A stretch of 64,000 nucleotides of DNA from Campylobacterales bacterium. GTDB lineage: Bacteria; Campylobacterota; Campylobacteria; Campylobacterales; QNZT01. A program made the position numbers and the translations under genes. The notes under the pieces are model-generated. The model ran no database searches. It worked only from the letters and a program-made list of their open reading frames with translations, and had not been told where the DNA came from. The stretch lies in the NCBI GenBank assembly GCA_024278835.1, contig JAJRSK010000021.1, positions 5,306-69,305 on the forward strand, written 5' to 3'. Positions 60,077 through 64,000 of the stretch are shown one piece after another; positions within the stretch are counted from its first letter, which is position 1; each line of letters starts with the position of its first letter.

Positions 60077-60595
60077 ATGGCAACAGTAACATTTAAGAAT
60101 GACACAGTATGTAATTTAGCAGGAACAGAGATCAATGTAGGTGACGTAGCACCAGTAGTAACAGTAGTAAACTGTAACCCAATGCTTCAAGATGAGCAAG
60201 TAGGTGGATCAGATAAAGTGCAGATGGTAGTAGTAGTACCTTCACTAGATACACCAGTATGTGACGCAGAGACAAGAAGATTTAACACAGAAGCTGCATC
60301 TATCGATGGTGTAGAAGTACTGACCGTATCTATGGATCTTCCTTTTGCAGCAGCAAAATTTTGTTCCACTGCAGGAATTGATAACTTAAAGGTATGTTCA
60401 GATTTTAGAAACAAAGATTTTTCAAATGCTTACGGTATGCTTTTAGCAGATGGTCCTCTTGCTGGTGTGACAGCTAGATGTATCTTTGTTATTGGTAAAG
60501 ATGGAAAAGTAGCATATAAGCAACTCGTTCCTGAAATCACACAAGAGCCAGACTATGCAGAAGCTATCGCTGCTGCTAAAACTGCCGCTGCGTAA
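60077..60595 (+). CDS. tpx: Thiol peroxidase Tpx
   Basis: VPSLDTPVCDAETRRFN peroxidatic-Cys block and the resolving Cys region (KFCS). Confidence 0.9.
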   Translation: MATVTFKNDTVCNLAGTEINVGDVAPVVTVVNCNPMLQDEQVGGSDKVQMVVVVPSLDTPVCDAETRRFNTEAASIDGVEVLTVSMDLPFAAAKFCSTAGIDNLKVCSDFRNKDFSNAYGMLLADGPLAGVTARCIFVIGKDGKVAYKQLVPEITQEPDYAEAIAAAKTAAA

Positions 60596-60614
60596 GTTTT
60601 TATTTCATACAAAC

Positions 60615-60641
60615 GCCTAAAGGAATAAAAATCCTTTAGGC
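60615..60641 (+). terminator. Hairpin after tpx
   Basis: GCCTAAAGGA, 7-nt loop, TCCTTTAGGC (10 bp perfect). A T-run follows only after 12 nt. Confidence 0.5.
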
Positions 60642-60709
60642 ATCTACTACACTTTTTTCAATTCAAAATAAAACCCCAAAAATATAAATTTTCTAGCTAT
60701 TTCTAAATT

Positions 60710-60726
60710 AAGACAAAATTTATCTT
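60710..60726 (+). promoter_or_regulatory. Second Fur-family-like box AAGACAAA-A-TTTATCTT with extended -10
   Basis: One mismatch to the 60009 box. It lies 7 nt upstream of TGCTATAAT (60732-60739). Confidence 0.5.
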
Positions 60727-60939
60727 AATTTGCTATAATTGTAACTGTATTCAAAATAATTGCTATTTTAATACTGCTATATACGAGGGGATGTGGTGTA
60801 ACACTTTTGTTGCGCCACATTATTTGCTTTTCTTATATAACCTTAATCTATCCTAAATTTTATAATCTATATTTAATTTTCCTTTCAATTATGACTCGAT
60901 ATAATTCCCAATAATAATTTTTATAAGGGATTAAATAAT

Positions 60940-62394
60940 ATGAAAAAACACATAGCCGCTTCACTACTCACAGTACTTGCACTAACGACTGCGCAAGCAA
61001 ATTCACTTGCCTCAGAGACGGAAAAAGTAGACAGTATGACTCTTGAAGAGAGAGTGCAAAATCTGGAAGCTAAATTAAAAAAGTCAGATAACAAATATAA
61101 AAAATTGAGTAAAAAACTCAATAAGGTCAAAGCACACGATGCATTTGATAATGTGAAGTTTACAGTTGATTTTAGAAATAGTATCGACACTATCAATTAT
61201 AAATATCATGATTATGGTACTTTATCTGGTACAGAAGCTTCAAATGACGCGTTACTTTCAAGCAGATTATATCTTAATATGAAATCTAAACCAATGGATA
61301 AATTGACATTTTATGGTCAAATTGCAATGTATGGTACTTGGGGTGGAAGTGATTTATCGCATGATGTCTCTTTAAAAGATTGGTCTGAGTCTTCTAAAAC
61401 AACAGATTCAACTTTTAGAATTAGACAAGCTTTTATCAATTGGGCTGATACTATAGGTGAAGATGGTATCCCTTATTCATTGTCAATTGGTAGACGTCAA
61501 TCAACAGATGGTTTTTTATCTAACTTTAGAGAAAATTACAACAAATCTGGATCTCCATTGGCGCATGTTACAAATATGGAAGTTAATGGTGTGATGGCGC
61601 AGCTTCAACTTGAAAAGTATCTTTTGCCTGGTATGTTTGTGAAGGTTGTATATGGTAGAGCACATACCGGTGGTATTGATACACTAAATGATGTGGGTGG
61701 GTATGCACCGTATGCACAAGATGAAGGAGACTTAGCTGAAAATGTAGATTTCTTTGTAGTATTAGGAAGTCTATATAATGATGGTCAATATAACCTTATG
61801 TATGAAAACGCAACGATTTTAGATACTAAGGGTGCCAGAACAGGTACTGTACCTACAGGTGCTGCACTACCTGAAGGTGGGAAAAATAAATCTTTAGACG
61901 CAGGAACAGCCAACTTATCAGCGCTCTCACTACAAGTGGATGGCATTGGTGATGAAATCAATGATTTCCTTGACAATACAACAACATTTATATCTTTAGC
62001 GATGACAAATTATGATCCAAATAGTGGATATCAACTTTTAGGTTCAAGTGATAGTGAAAGTGGTTATTCTTATTGGTTAGGTGCGGTTATCCCTGATATG
62101 ATTACTGATGATGGTAAGTTTGGATTTGAGTTCAATCATGGTTCTAAGTATTGGACACCAATAACTTGGGCAGAAGATACTGCTATCGGTTCAAAAGTAG
62201 CCGTACGCGGTAGTGCATATGAAGCATACTGGAACTTTAATCTTTTTGGTGTGAAGAACTTAGCATCACAAATCAGATATACACATCTTCAACATGATTA
62301 TACGCCAAGTATCAGATGTGCAGGTTGGGTAACGCCTAAAGCTGTTGATATCGAAGCAGATGATGTAAGATTTTTTGTTCGATATAGTTACTAA
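60940..62394 (+). CDS. DUF3373-like outer-membrane protein with N-terminal coiled coil
   Basis: Signal peptide, the heptad segment LEERVQNLEAKLKK, a beta-rich body, and a terminal aromatic ...RYSY. Family name from memory. Confidence 0.5.
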   Translation: MKKHIAASLLTVLALTTAQANSLASETEKVDSMTLEERVQNLEAKLKKSDNKYKKLSKKLNKVKAHDAFDNVKFTVDFRNSIDTINYKYHDYGTLSGTEASNDALLSSRLYLNMKSKPMDKLTFYGQIAMYGTWGGSDLSHDVSLKDWSESSKTTDSTFRIRQAFINWADTIGEDGIPYSLSIGRRQSTDGFLSNFRENYNKSGSPLAHVTNMEVNGVMAQLQLEKYLLPGMFVKVVYGRAHTGGIDTLNDVGGYAPYAQDEGDLAENVDFFVVLGSLYNDGQYNLMYENATILDTKGARTGTVPTGAALPEGGKNKSLDAGTANLSALSLQVDGIGDEINDFLDNTTTFISLAMTNYDPNSGYQLLGSSDSESGYSYWLGAVIPDMITDDGKFGFEFNHGSKYWTPITWAEDTAIGSKVAVRGSAYEAYWNFNLFGVKNLASQIRYTHLQHDYTPSIRCAGWVTPKAVDIEADDVRFFVRYSY

Positions 62395-62403
62395 TATTCA
62401 AAG

Positions 62404-62435
62404 AAGGCTTTGTCTGTAAAGATAAAGTCTTTTTT
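62404..62435 (+). terminator. Rho-independent terminator after the first DUF3373 gene
   Basis: 12-bp stem (two G-U pairs) 62404-62415 / 62420-62431, loop GTAA, with an immediately following T-run. Confidence 0.7.
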
Positions 62436-62528
62436 CCCTTCTCGCGCTAGAATAAACTTTTTTGACACTTTTTAATCTCGATTGTTATATAATCCCGGAT
62501 ACAATTCAAGAATTTTAAAGGAAGATGA

Positions 62529-64000
62529 ATGAAGAAATATATAGCAATATTATTGGTGGCAGCATTTGTAGTGACAAATGTCTCAGCAGCTGATTTAAAA
62601 AGTGTGCCTATGGCAAAAACTTACCCTCTTAATACAGAGGCAAAAGTAGTTAGTGCTCCGACAACTGTTGCACCAGCGATAGAAAGTATTGACTATGGCG
62701 TAAAGATTGAAAAATTAGAAAAAAGTCTCAAAAAACTAAAAAAGCAACTCTCAACAGTTAAAGCACATGATTCTAAAGATAATATCAAGTGGAGTGTTGA
62801 CTTTAGAACATCATTAGACAGTATAGAGTATAAAACTGCTAAAGGTCTTACGCATAAAAATGATTCTCTTTTTTCAAATAGACTTTGGTTAAATATGGCT
62901 TATGCACCTAGTGATAGTATGATTTTCAAAGGACAACTCTCTTATAACAAAGCTTATGGTGCTTCACCAAAAGGTGGATTTGGATTGGATCAAAGAGGAA
63001 ATACGCACTCTTTTGATGCTTTTGACTGGGTTACTAACGAAAGCTTAACCAATGATACAATCAAATTAAAAGAGGCGTACTGGTTATATATGAGTGAGTC
63101 CCTTTTCGGTTCTAGCATAGACTGGACTGCTTCATTTGGTAGACGTCCTTCAACAAATGGTTTTTTAGTAAGTCTTCGTGATAATGACAAACCTGCTTCA
63201 CCTATGGGTCATGTGATTAATATGGAGTTTGATGGTGCAAGTTTTAAGTTTGGTCTTGAAAAAGTAACTGGTGTGTCTGGAATGTATTGGAAACTTTGTT
63301 TAGGTCGTGGTCTATCAAATGCTAGAGCAAGATTTAATATGGATACAGGATTGGCTTCTTCAGGTGACTATTCAGAAGATAAAACAACGCTTGGTAATGT
63401 CGATCTTGCAGGATTTATTTTTGTACCATATGATAATGGTCAGTACAAAGTGATGAGTACATACTACAGAGGTTTTGGTGTTCCAGGATTTGTCATGGCT
63501 GATGCAAATATGTTTACAAATCCTGATGCAAACACGGGTATGGTAACATCAGATATGAAACTCAATCAAAATGTAAGTTTGAGAAACTTAGGTGACATGG
63601 ATGGTGCGGCTATCTCAATCTTGGTAGATGGTATCGGTGAAGACCTTGGAGATTTTGCTGACGGTGTAAAACTATTTGCTTCATTTGGTTGGTCAAAATC
63701 AATGCCTGATAATAGCATCGCAAGTATGAGTACAGCACTTTCTGGTGGCGTTGCACAAGCTGGTGGAGTTTCAAATATGATGGCTGGGATGAATCAGCAA
63801 GTACAAGCAGGGGTGGGACAAATCTTATCTGCTCCGGGTAATACGCTCACACCAGATGAAGCCATTGCTATGGTGATGCAAGGTATAGAACAAAGTATGG
63901 CTGGTACAGAAGGCATGATGGGTTCAAATGATGATGAAACAGGTACATCATACTGGCTTGGTGCACAATGGCCGTGTCTCTTAGTAGATGATGCTAGAGT
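62529..64000 (+). CDS. Second DUF3373-like outer-membrane paralog (3' end outside window; absent from the ORF track)
   Basis: I translated 62529 onward by hand: MKKYIAILLVAAFVVTNVSA... stays open to 64000. It shares VKAHD..DN.K..VDFR.S.D.I.YK, SFGRR.ST.GFL and SYWLGA with 60940-62394. TTGACA (62462-62467) and TATAAT (62488-62493) lie upstream. Confidence 0.75.
   Translation, partial: MKKYIAILLVAAFVVTNVSAADLKSVPMAKTYPLNTEAKVVSAPTTVAPAIESIDYGVKIEKLEKSLKKLKKQLSTVKAHDSKDNIKWSVDFRTSLDSIEYKTAKGLTHKNDSLFSNRLWLNMAYAPSDSMIFKGQLSYNKAYGASPKGGFGLDQRGNTHSFDAFDWVTNESLTNDTIKLKEAYWLYMSESLFGSSIDWTASFGRRPSTNGFLVSLRDNDKPASPMGHVINMEFDGASFKFGLEKVTGVSGMYWKLCLGRGLSNARARFNMDTGLASSGDYSEDKTTLGNVDLAGFIFVPYDNGQYKVMSTYYRGFGVPGFVMADANMFTNPDANTGMVTSDMKLNQNVSLRNLGDMDGAAISILVDGIGEDLGDFADGVKLFASFGWSKSMPDNSIASMSTALSGGVAQAGGVSNMMAGMNQQVQAGVGQILSAPGNTLTPDEAIAMVMQGIEQSMAGTEGMMGSNDDETGTSYWLGAQWPCLLVDDAR

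Overview
AT-rich chromosomal window that looks like a Campylobacterota (epsilonproteobacterial) core genome; the taxonomy is inferred from gene content and promoter style only. About 60 tightly packed genes are present. I saw no rRNA, tRNA, CRISPR, integrase, transposase or phage genes.

Content in order:
- Periplasmic redox cluster: di-haem cytochrome c peroxidase, DsrE-like protein, TlpA-like thioredoxin, ApbE.
- A soluble FtsH-like AAA/M41 protein, an APC permease, a porin, and a class II cytochrome c.
- pcm-ppsA-MFS, divergent from a single-chain pyruvate:ferredoxin oxidoreductase.
- Three envelope efflux systems: TolC-MFP-FtsX-ABC; HlyD plus a tandem ABC ATPase plus two ABC-2 permeases; TetR-TolC-MFP-RND.
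- arsC/arsB.
- A 1302-aa cation/proton-antiporter::P-type ATPase fusion with an MgtC/DUF4010 gene.
- A Crp/Fnr regulator, Usp, EI24/CysZ-like, HdeD-like and APC transporter genes.
- A DUF134-NifX-TrmO-NifU-cytochrome c operon.
- MlaA-MlaC-MMPL.
- A two-component system with a small cytochrome c.
- ppnP, tpx, and two tandem DUF3373-like outer-membrane paralogs; the second runs off the window and is missing from the ORF track.

The most interesting signals are regulatory and were read directly from intergenic DNA:
1. A 16-bp palindrome, TGCTAC-N4-GTRGCA, occurs seven times. It always lies 20-22 nt upstream of a -10 hexamer (class II CRP/FNR geometry). It links PFOR, MFS-ppsA-pcm, an ABC efflux operon, a rhodanese, STAS plus beta-CASP, the antiporter::ATPase fusion, EI24-Usp and HdeD-APC into one candidate regulon. 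A Crp/Fnr gene sits in its middle.
2. A TTCATAT-N4-TTCACAT direct repeat lies at identical spacing in front of the response-regulator operon and of the TolC-MacAB-like operon about 38 kb away.
3. A perfect 8-1-8 Fur-family-like box is shared by tpx/DUF4149 and recurs upstream of the DUF3373 locus.
4. A near-consensus promoter carrying two GAACATATGTTC palindromes sits in front of the DUF134 operon.

Two genes (HdeD-like, MlaC) are split by frameshifts, and one efflux adaptor has no canonical start codon.
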